Positions 10,951 through 24,731 are shown, counted from the first letter of the whole stretch. The stretch: 63,640 nucleotides of DNA, filler included, from Atractiella rhizophila (GCA_021432655.1; 6 parts of 6 records of this genome joined end to end with filler, not necessarily neighbours in it), one strand, 5' to 3'. Translations and numbers: made by a program. The notes: generated by a model from the sequence alone, not told the origin.

Positions 10951-12888
10951 ATGGCTGCCCCTCGACCTCGACAACTCCAGCCGTAGTTTATTTCCCCCCA
11001 AGCACTTATCGTGTTTCCTCTCCCATCCGTCAAGCGTACCTCACACAGTTCATTGGATCACCTATTAATGTATGCCCCATCCTATGTCCTACCAAAGGCA
11101 GCCGAGACTGACGCGTTGCATGTTGTCAGATTGGATCATCGGCATCGTCTTCCTCGTCGCCATCAGACTGCTCATCGTGATGATGACGAGGAACCCCTCG
11201 CAATGTTCGGGAATAGGTTCAAAATGCTCTGGCTTCATCCTTCACACGAATCTCCGGTAGGAGCTGATGGTCGGCGACTCTCAGTCTCGAGGGGTGAAAC
11301 ATACACTTGTTTCCGTGTTGCGATGCGACGAAGAAGATAGGTTTGAAACCACCCCGATCGTAACCCTCTCCTTCGACGAACTATCGAAAAATATGTGACG
11401 GCGGCAACATGGGTGCCTCCAAATCCTGGACCATCTTCTCTCTTACTCCCACAAAAGGATGGAAAGGGAAATGTTGGATGAATCAGAATCGTCTGTGCTT
11501 GCAACATGCCGTAGTCCGGAAGTGGATGAAGGTTGATGAGGTAAGGAGTGGAAGAAGCACGGAAGTGATGGAGTATACTGGTGGAGAAGAGGGAGTGGAT
11601 AGAGCCGCTCACGGGAAGTGGAACGAAAAAGGGGAACTGTGGATGAGGATCAATTCACCTGGTGTTATCCGTGAGTTATTCAGTTTCTCATATCCGTATG
11701 CGGATGTCTCAATGCAAACCAAACCGACGTTTTCTCGTGCAGTCAAGACGAGGGTGTCTGCCGAACCACCCGAGTGTCTCAACTCCATCATATCTCCTTT
11801 TGACGTCGGCAAGTGCAAGCGGCCCGTGTATCCACGAGGGAACGATTGCGGCTTTCCCTGCCCCTCAAACAATTTGCTCAACTGGCCTTTATGATGCGGC
11901 AACAGGGAGGGTGGAGTATCAGTAGTGATATGTGGGATAGCGGCCACGTTCCCTTGACTAATAGCGCACTTTCAGCACACCCATCGCCCAAGGGGTGGGA
12001 GTTGGTCGGCGATAAAACTGGTCGACTAGCTCTGACCTGCTTTTGGGCTGCAAATTTTCTCAAGCGCAAAATCATTTTTCGCTTGCGGCCTAACCCGCCG
12101 CTTGCGGAAACCCCTAGGAGCGACCAGTTTGCCGGGGGCAGAATATAGAACGTCGGTTTTGGTAGTTCTTTGTCTTCTCAAAATGATGGATGTGGTGACA
12201 GATCAGGCAGCGAAGGATTTGTAGGGACGAACGCGGGGAGTTGATCAGGAGCAGCAGGGTTGACCCGAAGATTAGCAGGAGGGTTAACATGAAGGTTAGG
12301 CACAGCGGGCACAACATTGTGGAGTTGTCGATGGTGAAATGGATATGATAATATGTGCCCGGGTGGAAGTAGCGGTCGCATGAAAGGCTCCAGCAGGAGC
12401 AGGAGAGGGTTGGATTGCATTTTGGGTAACAAACGGAATCTGTGGCTGCAAGTGAGGAGGGTGGAAATTATGGGAAGCAGCCAAAGTTCCCCAGACCGGG
12501 CTCCTCCTATTTTGATTCGGATAGGATTTCGTGCATTGTCCTTCAGGCTGCCATTGAGATTGCTTCTGATCATCTTTCATTGCCGGTGCAAGGAGATCCG
12601 AATTCTCACGTTTGCTCTTCTTCCCTACCATTCTCTCACTGCCATCGTCATCTTGAGCGTGCGTCCACACAAGCTGAGTCAATAAGTATGTTTCAGTGGG
12701 GTTTCATGCAGCTTGAGTTCGCAAAAGGGAACTTGCAATCAATATCATGTCTTCAGCCTAATGTCAGACGCTCACTCCGCTTGCCTCTTCCCCCTTCCCA
12801 GCGAGCAATAGGAGTAGCGTCTGATTATTGAGACTGGGTCTTCATTTTTCGTATCATGAATATGAAATTCATGTCATCGGATGCCTAA

Positions 12889-14828
12889 CTATTCGTACAC
12901 TCGATTAAAGATCCTCTCATTGTTCTCCCGAGTAAACCCGCTCCTCTCGTTCGTCAACCTCACTCTCCAATTCAGGGCCTCCTCCTTCGAAGCCTTTCGT
13001 TGTCCTCCGACCTCCTTCAACTCTTCCGGAGTGTACCAATCCTGCTGTTGAGGTGGGATGATAGAGCTGTCAGGCACCTCATCGTTGGTTGGATTGACGA
13101 GGAAAAAAACCAATATTTTGCGGTGTCCCGGTTTGGTTTTATCTATGAGAGAGAAGGAAGAGACCCGATGTTGGTCATTATTGGGAAGGCATATGCATCT
13201 CCCTTCTTTGATGGTCATGCTTCCTAGTGGCTGATTCAGCCGTCCACCGCTGTGCGCAGATTGAGCAGTCACAAACTAGGCAGGAGGAAAAGAGAGACGA
13301 ACATTTTCAAGGCGTATTCGGCCATGAGTTGCGCCTTGTTTTCCCAATCTTCTGGCTAGTTACATCATTGGCACAAAAGACCCAGTTTGTGGTAGTAAAG
13401 GAAAATACGAACCTCATCCACAGCCCGTCTGAAGCTCAACTTGCTCTCCGTAATGTTTTCTTCGTCGTAATAATAGATTCCTGTCGCGGAGATAGCCTCG
13501 TTCATCCTACCTTCGACGCGCCACTCCCCTCCAGGATATGTCGGTTTCTCTGGGGTAAGAAGGATGTTTACGAGCTTGATGATGACTTTGGCCGGTACAC
13601 CACGAATAGATATAGTAGGATAGTTGGCGAACTGTTTGGCGTGAACACCCTTCTTCGGATATTTCTTGACATCCGAGACGACAATCTGCCAAGCCCTCTT
13701 CAAATATTTCACATCCTGTTTTCTCACCTCGTATTCTGCCAGCTCGGCATTTGAAAGGAGGGGAGGCACGACGCCATCATACCTCGTCGGAGCTTGGGTT
13801 GGAGATGCTGGTGCCGAAGGTCCTTCTTCCTCCTGCTCTGCCTTCCCGCCGTCCTCTTCGTCCTCTTCCAGCTCTTCATGGTTGTCTTCGTCTTCCTCAT
13901 CAAAGAACTCGCCATCTCCAACCATTACACGCTGTCGTGCTACATTTGGCAGCATCTGCAGGTCCGATAAGACCCTTTCGAACATAGGTACAAATAAGAG
14001 AAAGATATCTTCGAGCGCTTTGTAGACTTCCAGATATTTCTTCGGGTCCAGATTATTGATGTAGCTCGCAATCTTGCACACCTTTCCATCTTCCGAAACT
14101 TTGAAAGGAGTAGGAAGCCAGCTAAACGATTCGGAGACGGTGTAGTCCTTTCTCCAAGGGGGAAAAGCCCATGAGGAACCCACGGGACACCAGGGCAAAA
14201 TCAGCTCTTGGATGTTCCACCAATTCCTTTCTTCAACAGGCATGGATCGTGAATATGCACGAGTGCGGCGGTAGACGATGGGGTAGAGGGAGGGATCGAC
14301 AAGATCTAAAACTTGATTGTCCAAGCGAGGTTGCCAGTCCTTTTCAGATTCAGGGAGATTCTCGAGCGGATGCAAGGAGGAAATGAGTGCCGAGCGCGTG
14401 TCTGGTGCGACCAAGGAATCGCTTTGCCAGATTCCATCGAAGCAGGAAACCTCGATACCTCCTTCCGTTCGAAGTCTGTCATATTCCTGTGGGAAGTTTG
14501 GCGGAGCTTATGAAAGAAGATCTGACGACACGCCTTCAGTTCCTTCAGCACCCAATCAACGGCCTCTGGACTAAGGCACCCTTTCATAAAGTTTACGGGT
14601 ATCACTTGCTCCAAGGCTTCCCTCTTCCACTTTTCACGAATATTCTTGTGCTTGTATTTCTGCAACGCAGGTGTTTCAGTCTGAAAGTAATTCCGAGAGA
14701 GTGAGAAGTTTGACTTCCCACCAGCGAGGTTTCGAGCGAATAGAAGCAGAGAGGAAACACATCCTCAGCTCCGTTGCAGAAAGTGCCGTGTGAGATTCAT
14801 ACTCAAAGGGGTTCAGGTGCTTTGACAT
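12889..14828 (-). CDS. DUF4246 family protein (predicted 2OG-Fe(II) oxygenase-like fold), multi-exon
   Basis: Family motifs in order: TELRM..SASIRSKPRWWE, GIWQSDSLV, LDLVDPSLYP, FSWLP, SYINNLDP, VIIKLVNILLTPEKPTYPGGEWRVEG.MNE.I.ATGIYYYDEENITES.L.FR, QHRVSSF.L.D.TKPGHRKILVFFLVNP. Confidence 0.9.
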
Positions 14829-15158
14829 CGTAGCACATGCAGATTCTGACGTTCCATGAATCCTATCCTTTTATGGACTTCAAAGGACAAATGCAAAAGA
14901 GTCGTATGACTGCTCGCTTAGCGCTCACTGCTGAACGGACACTCAGCTCAGCCACGAAAGTAGAACACGCATGTACCTATGTGCGTTAGCAGATGGCGAT
15001 GTTGCCAAGGTAGCACGTAAGTATGATATACTTGTATTTTCGAATGGATAAAGAATTANNNNNNNNNNNNNNNNNNNNNNNNNNNNNNNNNNNNNNNNNN
15101 NNTTAATTAATTAANNNNNNNNNNNNNNNNNNNNNNNNNNNNNNNNNNNNNNNNNNNN

Positions 15159-15516
15159 GCTCTGGTGGGTTATCAGGCGGCTTCCATCCTCGAAACGAAG
15201 CCACAACGGGATACTTGGAACGCCCTTCTGAGTAGTAGAAGTATTCGGATTCCTCCAAGGTTACGACGGAGTCCTTGATCTTAACGTTAGCTCGGTTCTG
15301 AAAGTGTCCGCCAGAGTCGTTTGCCAACACCCGACAGACATCGAGCGCGAATTTGTGATTGATACCAAAATTCGTACTACTTGACAATTGATCAAGCTTG
15401 GGCAGGATAATGAGGATTTCCCAAGGCTCAGGTCGATAGAACCTGACACGGTCCAAAGAGCTCGCACCGCTTTCGACCAGGGGTTGTGGTTGAGGTCTTA
15501 CGATAGGGATCGCCAT
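15159..15516 (-). CDS. N-terminal part of a probable fungal HNH-nuclease-associated protein, running into an assembly gap
   Basis: GINHKFALDVCRVLAN...EYFYY...YPVVASFRGWKPP resembles, from recall, the N-terminal domain (H..A...C.I.AN..Y.F...YP.V.SF..W.FP) of fungal HNH_2 proteins. The nuclease domain is not visible. Confidence 0.45.
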
Positions 15517-15852
15517 GTTTCTATGTAGTAAATAACAGTTCAGTGCTCTAACTGAGAGGCAAGATCATAAAGCAGGATTTCGCACCATGCGAGTGGCTGT
15601 GAGGTTGTAGGATGCGCGACAAAAACACTACAAAACCTTCAACTTTGGAGTCACGTACCAAATCAGAGCTTGCTCTCAAGTTCTCGTAGCCTCTCTTAAC
15701 TCCTACGTTACAGTATCTCAAAGTGGTTTGGGGAACTGGATGTAACCAGGTGAGTAAGAAGATAACAGCTATTGCGATGGTTGGATATGCCTGAATATGC
15801 CAATCAGCCAAAAAGACCTTATTGGTCTCAATCACTTGTCGAGTCATATGAC

Positions 15853-16378
15853 ATTCATCATTTTCAAAGCATTGACCTCCAAATCGATCGACGAAGCGTT
15901 TCGCTTCCTCATCCTTCCATGATGATTTACCGAGAGGTGACTGCATCAGTAAACGACTATGGATCAGGGAGCCCCTTGCACCCAGCACTACTCCCACCGT
16001 CTCCGCACCAAGTCCTCTCACTGCCACACTGGTCGATAGTAGGATCCTTGTTGCCATGGAGCTTAATGTCCCTGAGAAGTGGATATGACCTCCACATCTC
16101 CTCTTTTCCCTCCTCCAATTCATCATTTTCAAAGCATTGACCTCCGAGTCGATCGACCAAGCGTTTCGCTTCCTCATCCTTCAATGATGATTTACCGAGA
16201 GGTGGCCGCATCAGTAAACGACTATGGATCAGGGAGCCCATTGCACCCAGCACTACTCCCACCGTCTCCGCACCCAGTCCTCTCACTGCCACACTGGTCG
16301 ATAGTAGGATCCTTGTTGCCATGGAGCTTAGTGTCCCTGAGAAGTGGATATGACCTCCACATCTCCTCTTTTCCCTCC
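15853..16378. repeat. Recent 265-bp tandem duplication within a decayed minus-strand ORF
   Basis: 15853-16113 and 16118-16378 are near-identical. The period is not a multiple of 3. Confidence 0.9.
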
Positions 16379-19195
16379 GCCCCTAAGTCAGTCCACCGAA
16401 CGCGGTCCAAAACAAGTCCACGCAGCTGCGGAACTCGAGCACTTCGCACCTTCGTCTGCCTCGCCATCCTCCTCACGACCGCCATCAGCGCAACAAACCG
16501 AAGGTTGGGGGTTGTGACGACGAGCTTCTGGACCAGCTGGGCTGGAGGCTGGAGGCGTGGACGTCCCTCTTGCCTTCTACCCCCTTTTTCTCTTGTTTGA
16601 GATGATAGTTATAGGAGTTGTAGATCTTGAGCTCTGAAGCAACCATGGCTCCCTCAGCTCCTGCCCTCAATCCCTCTTGATCGTAGCCGAACATAGCACC
16701 ATCCTCCGCTCTCTCCTGTTGAAGCTCAACTAGCTCAACAACTTCGCGATCTCCCCCAGTCAAGGGATGAAACCCAAAACGCCCATTCGATCCCCTTCGT
16801 CAATGACAAGCCACGTCAGCCCACCTCAATTCATATCCCTCCCTCGCGCCTTTCTGCCCAACTCCGTACTCTTCAAGTGATCGAACCCTCCCTGTGTCAC
16901 TACCAATCCCAAGCCGGAGACCAGGTCAGATGCCTCTTCTTCGTATGAGGCACTAGGGCTCAAAGAGTCTGGATGACCGATGACACTGCTTCAGAATTTA
17001 TGCCATTAACAATATTATGCATTACATTTGTTTTCGTCGGCATGAGGAAAAGGCAAGGGGTGGAGCAGCCTCTGTCTCTCCCCTTTCGCCTTTCCCTCCC
17101 CGTTCGGCGGGAAGCTCCTAAGGTTCTGCAGGATCGGGAACGCGTACCGGACGGTCTTAACCGTCACTGTCTCACCCCTCCACGCTCCATCCCTACCTCT
17201 CCCCCTTCAGGCATGCTCATCAAAGCCGGTATCGCCAAACACTGTATTGGGGTCGGGTGCGTTACTTCATCATCTTTGTGAGGCTGTGGGGGAGGAAGCG
17301 CGCGAATCCGAAGGATTGGGACGAGGAGGAGGGCAGGCGAGCGTTCAATGGCTCATGTCATGCCCCCGTGCTGTTCGAAGTGAAGGTGGTGCTGGACTTT
17401 GGGGCGGAAGCGGAGGGAGAAGGAGAGCGCACGCATTGTTGATGCGGCAGCTGCGGAATCATCTGGAGTGCAAGTGTCAGCTATCAGCACAAGCAATGTA
17501 CTTTGAAAAAGTAAAACGCGGAAGAAGATTCATTGCGCCGACATTCAGGGCTCTACGTTTTTCGCATTCCCAGCTACATACTGCATGTTTCCTACGAGAT
17601 AAGTTCGAGTGCCTTTACTAACGGACCAGCTCGGGTTCTGTTCTTTAGGAACGTTTGTGAGCCAGCTGAAGAATGTTCACGTGCCAAACCCCAAAGATGT
17701 AGGAAGAAGCAAAGAGTGTAGAATGGGATACTTCTGTGTGCAGAAGTAGACTCGCGCTATTGATTGTGTGGTATCTTGAGCTTTGAGCAAGGTGGGTGCA
17801 ATGGAGCTTTCTATCGCCGACCGTTTAACTGGAGAAATGCATGTAACAAAACAGGGGAGCGTTTTTGTCGACCGCGATATTAACACAGATCTTGCTTCAA
17901 GTCCGTTTAGGCTCTTCATGACAAGGGCAAAAGGAAACCTAATCATTTGCAGAAATAGAGGCTATTCCGGGCTATTCATCATACATCCCTCGATTCATCT
18001 CCCTTTCAAGTTCCAGTTTCAAGGAGACAGAAGTGACTCACATTCATCCTCCTCATCCTCCTCATCACTCTCCCGCTTAAATGTCTTCACCAGCCTCCAG
18101 CTAGCCCACTTCCATTTGCTCAACACCTCTTTCGGCTGCGAAACGAGTGTATCGGTCCGTGTGCCGCCAGTTTTGGCTTTCGTCTTGGTTTGAATTTATG
18201 AGTAGCAGTGGGCGGTGTAGAACCCAAGTTGGATCATCGAATTAACACATAGAAACTCTGGCAGGTGTGCGAGCAGTTCAGCAGCATCTGAAGGGCGTCT
18301 TTCCTCTCCAGATAAATCCTCCAGTATCGTCGTCAGGATGGGAACTAGCAGAAGGCAGCGTGTGAACACCATGGACGATTTTGCTGTTTATGGACTCTGT
18401 GCTGAAGCCTAGGGCAGACTCGTCGCCCCAAGGGTCGGCATCGATCGGCGTTAAAACTGCTCGAAAACTGGTCGACGAGTTTTGTGCGCAAATCTTCAAA
18501 TCTTCCTGAAATCAAGGCGCAAAACTTATTTCTCCCTGGGTCAAGGGTTTGACGGATTCCCAAATCCGTATACATTCCCTACTCTAGTGTCGTCTTCGGT
18601 TGAAAAAAAAGGAGATCTCTTAGGTGCAGGATAAGTGAAACGTCAACATCCTCGTTTATATACTGCAGACACTGTGTCTGACTGGAAGAACGGTTATGGA
18701 AAAGGTGCGGCCTCTTCGTAGGTAGGCTGGTCAGGGATTTGGCCCCACTTGCGCATCACAAGAATCGCGAATGCACACTGGCGTGCCAGCGAATGAACGC
18801 CAGAGCGTGGAGGAAGATGGATAGTCGTCAAAGAATCTGCTGGTATTTTAGAAAGCAGATCTGTCCTGGATGAATCCTCCACCGTGAACATTTCGTTCAT
18901 GCATGACAAGTCTTATTGACATCTCAACGCAAAATGCTCACTATCTCACATTCACAGGGGGTTTCCAGGGTATTCACTCTCGATCACTCTCCACCTATGC
19001 CCAGCCTCCGCCCAGCCTCTGCCCCATCTTTCAGGTCACCGTCGTTCAATCAACATTGGCACTGGCCCGGTCTGGGTGTGGCTGTTCCAACACGAAGCAG
19101 AAGGAATAAAAAAGCATCATTTGTTATCAACGCTGCAAACGGGTTCGGACTTCAGCCTCCGCTCGAAGACGCGGGATCGTTCTGTTCAATAAATC

Positions 19196-19399
19196 ATGAC
19201 GCTGTTCTACGGCGAAATAGTCTTGCTTCTCCATTTGTTGCTGGCTGCACTCGCGCAGAAACAAGACGAAGCCAAACCAAAACACTATGGCCGGGCTGGG
19301 TGGATCATTATTGGCGTCTTTGGCTTTGCCGTATTCTGTACATTGGCTGCCTTGTTTGTGTATGGTATTCCTGCTCTTAACCGTGACGCTTCTTATTGA
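19196..19399 (+). CDS. Possible 67-aa signal peptide plus single-TM microprotein
   Basis: MTLFYGEIVLLLHLLLAALA|QKQ (signal-like), then a hydrophobic WIIIGVFGFAVFCTLAALFVYGI segment. Confidence 0.4.
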   Translation: MTLFYGEIVLLLHLLLAALAQKQDEAKPKHYGRAGWIIIGVFGFAVFCTLAALFVYGIPALNRDASY

Positions 19400-19476
19400 A
19401 TGACGCGCAAAGATGTGCAAATCGGGTCCTGGACATCCTGATTGCTTTCTTATCCTTTTCTCCCTCCTCTGCTTCC

Positions 19477-22400
19477 ATGTCAACATGCTGGAAAAGATCC
19501 TCCTTTTCCTTCAGAAGATCCTCCGCATTCCGGAACATCGTCGCTTCAGTCTCAAATTCTGGGTCGACTTTCGCCCCTCGGAGAAACAAAAGAATCTTTT
19601 ATTATATAGAAAGAGTCTTGAAGAGGCTAATTCGTGATCCGGGGTACAACTTGGATGCAGCTCAAAGGTCACATTTCAAAATGTGAGTTCTGCCTGAAGC
19701 ACTAAACGAAGACTGACTTAACAAAAAGGAAAGCCGAAAACTACTTCCGGAACTACTTCACTGGCGACTACCGTATGCGCGCTGACTTCTTTGAAGTCAT
19801 CTGCCCAAGCTTGCATACACAATTGCGCGAGCTGTCTGGAGTTGTGATGCGTGCATGGCCATCTGAATCGTTCCTTCCATTATGGGAGCGAACGACGCGT
19901 CAAGCATTTTCCGGGCTTCGGAAAGCGGTTCAGCTGGTCGACTACTCAATGGCAGATGTGACAATTAGAAACACTAGTGTTCCGATACCATGATGGTTGA
20001 ACCACACGATGGCTTCATGCACATTCGAGGAGTGACTCGTGATGTATAGAGATGCAGGGGTATGAGATTTCCCTTCAGTCAGGCTGCCACTGAAATGATA
20101 CCAATCAGCCATTGAGGAAGATGGTCCGAGTTGCTCTTATCGAGGAGCCTCAAGAAAGAACTGAAAACGGGATCAGCACCGCGATTGTTAGATGGTACCA
20201 GAAGGAGATGGAAGAGGATGCAGCGGAAGCTGAGAAGAGCAGCCATTTACACAACCTGCCATACCTTTCGAAGAAAAGGAATGGAATGAAGCAAGATGAC
20301 GGCGCACTCTTGATAAGGTGCGCGATGCTGTTCCGTGCGTCCATAACCCCTCACTGAATATGCATTAATGGTGAAATAGTTGACATTGATGCTCCGACCA
20401 GCACTTCATCTACGACACCCTTCTAGCCTTTCCCTTGCTCAAGCACGAGAGATCCTTTCCGCCCGAAGTAGCAGGGTCACGTCTGAAGAAAATTGGTGAA
20501 ATTTTTCGTGATGAGGAAGCAATGGGAGGATGGAAGGGCCAGATATTGAGTCTCAAAGATCAGGTCTCCGTGGTCCGTACAAGGAAGCTTTCGCTTACAA
20601 CAGTACAGCTGATCGCAATCTGTCCTATGAAGGCTTTGCAATCACGCGCGCTGGACATACTCCAGCTTTCCCTGACAGCGGGAAATGAAGGAGAAGAAGG
20701 TCTGCTTGCCTTTAACCTTAGTGCCAATGGTGAGTTGAGAGAATAGATCTCGAACAAATCTTGGATCTTGTCAAGCTCGTACGGGATCCTCAAGAATGCG
20801 AAGCAGCGATCCATGTGGTCGCCCAGTGGATATTGAGGGGTACGACAAAGAAGGGGACAATGGAAACTAACGGACAGAAGGACACACAGGACCGTGACGC
20901 CAAAGGATGTGAACAGTCTTTCACTCAGCAATGTTTGTTGAGAACACAATTGTCGATTTGAGTGCTATCTCCTTGCTTGCGGCAGGGTTAGGGAAAGGTG
21001 TTTTCATTGAGTTAGTTAGGGAAAGGGTATGATTTTTTGGTGTAAATGCGCTGCTGATGCCATGCAGGCTGCAACCTACCTTATAAACGACACAGAAAGG
21101 TCGGCCAACTTGCTTTCCTTATATGTCGACGAAGTGCTGAGGAAGCAAGAAGACCCATTACAAACATGCTCTTTAGACGACGCCGTCAAAGATGCGGTGG
21201 GGATTTTTGAAGTTTTCTGCGTGGCACACTAACTAAAGGCTGCGCAGTTGCAAATCTACTCTTTTCTAGAATCAAAGGACATCTTACTTGAACTGCACCT
21301 TCGACGACTTGCAAGAAGGATTATAAGATACGAATTTTTGCATGAGGAAAAGGAAAGAGAAGGCGCTAGGCTACTTTCGGGAGGAGAATCGGAGCACGGT
21401 CGAAAAATCCTCCGTATGCTTGCAGGTTGGGCGTGCCCTCATATTAAGCATGCTTCTGTTGATTTGTTGGTAGATGTGGACTCTTCAAACTCTTTGGTTG
21501 ATCGATTTAATGACGAAAGAAAGTCCGACATAGGTCTGTCCAGCCTTACCCTGGAAGCCCTTGTACAGGTTAATAACGTCCTCACAGCATTTCATGCCTG
21601 CTTGCTCTCCGTTTCCGTCTCAACATTTCCTCCATCCGAGCTGGATGGTGTCAGATGTCCGAGGGAGCCTATATCTTTACATAGCCAATTCAACGAGTTC
21701 TACAGGAAGGAGCAACGGTCGGTCTAAGTCCAATTGCTTGCCGTGAAGCTTATCGTGATACAGAGGACGAAAGCTGACATACCTGCTGCATCTTTCCACC
21801 CTCGAGCTTCAGACGGGCTTTACGAAAGTCAAATACATGGTACAGGCATCGGTTCCTCAAGCAGCTATCCTCTTTCTTTTTACTGAGGACAAGATAAATG
21901 ATCGATCTTTCCGCGATTGCAGAAGCGGTTGGATTGTCGGAGAAGGTTGTGATCCCACTCAAGGCCTGGTCAAACTAAGGCTGTTGGTGTGCGATAATGG
22001 AGAATTTCAACTTAATCTTGGCGTAACCGTTCACCGTTGGGCGTGGCAACAAGACTGATCATATCGCAGATTTTTCCAGCAAAAAGCGCAGAATACTGCT
22101 TCATCCATTTAACACGGAGAAAGATAAAGAAGAAGTATCGGCAGCGACGAAGCAAGTCGATAAGAATCGACTGATGGTTATAGAAGCCGCAATTGTTCGG
22201 TTTGTTGCTCATGTTCGCACCTCCTCACTTCATTGATTCTATGTGTTTTTGGTAGTGTGATGAAGTGTTCGAAGCAGCTAACGCGACAGAATCTAGTGAC
22301 GGTGCGTGTTACACTACTTCGGACCTGGACTTGGTGACCCTTTTTTGCTACGCAGAACACAATCCGTGCTTTGCAGGGCCAATTCAAACCTGCAGTCAAA

Positions 22401-22545
22401 GACATTAATATCGCTATCAGGATTCTGATTGAAAAGGAAATGTTGGGCAAAGTTAACGGAGAACCCGATAAATATGCTGTGCGTCTCCATTCTGCTTCAT
22501 CTTGGCTCCAGTTGAGCAATCTTGAATGGAAAGTATCTCGCATAA
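19477..22545 (+). pseudogene. Highly divergent cullin (multi-exon), possibly decaying; start uncertain
   Basis: LLSLYVDEVLRK, FLESKDILLELHLRRLARRII, GRKLTYLLHLSTLEL, a neddylation domain IEAAIVR|VMK (spliced), FKP..KDINIAIRILIEKEML and the terminal DKYA|YLA* (TAA ends at 22545). Apparent frame slips near 21900-21960. Confidence 0.8.
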
Positions 22546-23614
22546 TGCTCGAAGAGCCATGAACGAAGATCGCAAGATGGGACAAGATTGTCTTGAAATA
22601 AGTATGTAAGTTTATGTATCTTAAGTGACACATCTAGCTTGTAAGAGAAGTTGTGACCTACGGCAGCTTTCCAATATCATCAATCTTTCTCAATCACTGA
22701 TATCTTCACACCTGGCCAAACCAGCAAAACTATTGCTCAAAACTCATATCCTATCGCCGCAAGCTAGTACAAAGCAGGAAAGTGCCGAATCATGTTCACC
22801 TGTGCAGCGAGATCGACGAAATGTATTCGCCTCTATTTGTGTTGTTAATGACAGCTGAGAGGCTTTCACACCTTCCTGTTCGTGCCTGCTGTGTTCCTGA
22901 CTGTATTCCCTTGATTTTGAGTGACGAAGTGGTGACGATATCACTGAGACCCATCTGGTTACCGTTGCTGGACAACAATAGTTGTAGGAAATGCACTTGC
23001 CGTAACCGCTCTTATAGGTTTGTCGCTTCCCCAACAAGCCAGATCCTCAAAATCGGAATACTTAGAGGAGAACGGTTCAGCTGGATACTTCACTTGGGCG
23101 GGAATGCCGCTCTCCTCATTCGACATCGTTCTGGGCTTCCTATTCCTGCGCGAGAGCGAGACTGAGGTAGGACCAACGAAGGAGCTTCATCTTTCAGGAT
23201 CTCTTCAACACATCTTCGCTATCCTTATGGGAAGGTGGAGCCTTCTACGACCCACAGCAATCAAGGCTTCCTTGACCCACTGGATTGATAGCGTGATGTG
23301 GTTAGCTGCTGGGGAGCCTCTTTATCGATTAAGCACATTGAGAGGTTAAACGGGACGCCAGCATCCCGGATCAAGAGTCACCTTAACCCTCTCCACCAGT
23401 TGACCCCTTCTGCAGGACGGGCTCCTCTCTCTCCCACTCAATCTGCCACTTGCTAACCTTTCTCACCTGCTCTCCCACCTGTTCTCAAAAATAGGAGAGC
23501 TTTGCGGCTTTGTATCCATGATAAATAATTGTAGAGACGGGAGAGTACTAACCTGCATGTTCTTTCTTACTGCTTGCGTCCCAAAGCCTTGTCATGGTGA
23601 CTCATCCAAGAAAT

Positions 23615-24603
23615 GTAAGCAAGCCTCCAAAGGAGGAGGCGACGGAGCCGAAGCGGTCGGCTTGTTCGGCGAATTTTTGGCACTTTCGACTTCATCTTGA
23701 CCTACCGTGGTCCCAATGAACAAGAGGGAGAAGTGGTTGGTAGCGGTAGAAAGAGCTGGCTCTAGACTACTAGGCTGCCACACAGCTAAGGGGGAGAACA
23801 AGTAATGGGGGAGAAATTTCGGTTTGAAATTGATGTGTCGTCTCGTGTTTTGGTCAGGATGGGGTTACTTCTCCAGTGAAATTCCAGAGCTTCTGAGACT
23901 CTTCCACACCCTATCCACACTAGACTCTTCCACACCCTACTGACATTCTAACACCTTCTACTTTGTTGGTGGGTGATAGGGCTGCAGAAATTTCCATAGT
24001 TACCTTCTCATCAGGCTCACTTGTGCAAATGGGTTCACTGCTATGATATATTGTCGCTTTGGGAGTATTCTGCCAATGAAATGTATTTCATTTCGCTGTT
24101 ATGGACTACAAAACAAGAAACGGAAACCTGAATTGGAAGTGGTGAGACCTGAATAGACCCTGAACTCATCACAATGGTATATGAAGATGGGAACCCTCAG
24201 TACTTTCAACTGAAATTCCTCCACTGTTACCCGTTCTCCCCCTTAGCTGTATAGCGGCATAGTAGTCTAGAAGTTGAAGGTGTTGGCATGTCAGTACACG
24301 GTGTGGAAGGGTCTCAGAAAGTTTGGGAATTAAGGAACCCATTCTGACCAAAACACGGGAAGACACAACAATTTCAAACCGAAATTTCTCCCCTGTTACC
24401 CGCTCTTCCCCTTAGCTGTATGGCAGGCTAGTAGTCTAGAGCCAGCTCTTTCTACCGCTACCAACCACTTCTCCCTCTTGTTCATTGGGACCAGGTAGGT
24501 CGAGATGAAGTCGAAAGTGCCAAAACTTTGCCGAAGGTCAAGCCTCCCGCTTCGGCTCCGTCGCAAGCCTCCTCCGAAGCGGGAGGCTTGTCGCCAAGCT
24601 TAC
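23615..24603. mobile_element. Non-autonomous long-TIR (foldback/Mutator-like) element
   Basis: 23615-~23950 is the reverse complement of ~24270-24603 (e.g. GAGAAGTGGTTGGTAGCGGTAGAAAGAGCTGGCTCTAGACTACTAG). Termini are GTAAGC...GCTTAC, with flanking direct repeat AAGAAAT (23608-23614, 24604-24610). Confidence 0.85.
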
Positions 24604-24731
24604 AAGAAATAGGACAAACCCAAAACGCCACTCACGCAATCATTCCCGAATCATGGAAACACTTTCTTTCTTCAGAACCATGCCTTCCTGCACTTCTCGG
24701 CTTCTTAGCCCTTTGCAAGGAGAAGGGTTAG

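Noticed and set aside
11000..12700. Several short overlapping ORFs
   Set aside because: No recognisable motif or consistent exon structure; probably decayed coding DNA.
15059..15158. N-run/TTAATTAATTAA/N-run motif, also near 30200, 45150, 53750 and 62440
   Set aside because: An artificial all-frame-stop contig linker, not biology. ORFs ending in 'LIN' or containing X are artefacts.
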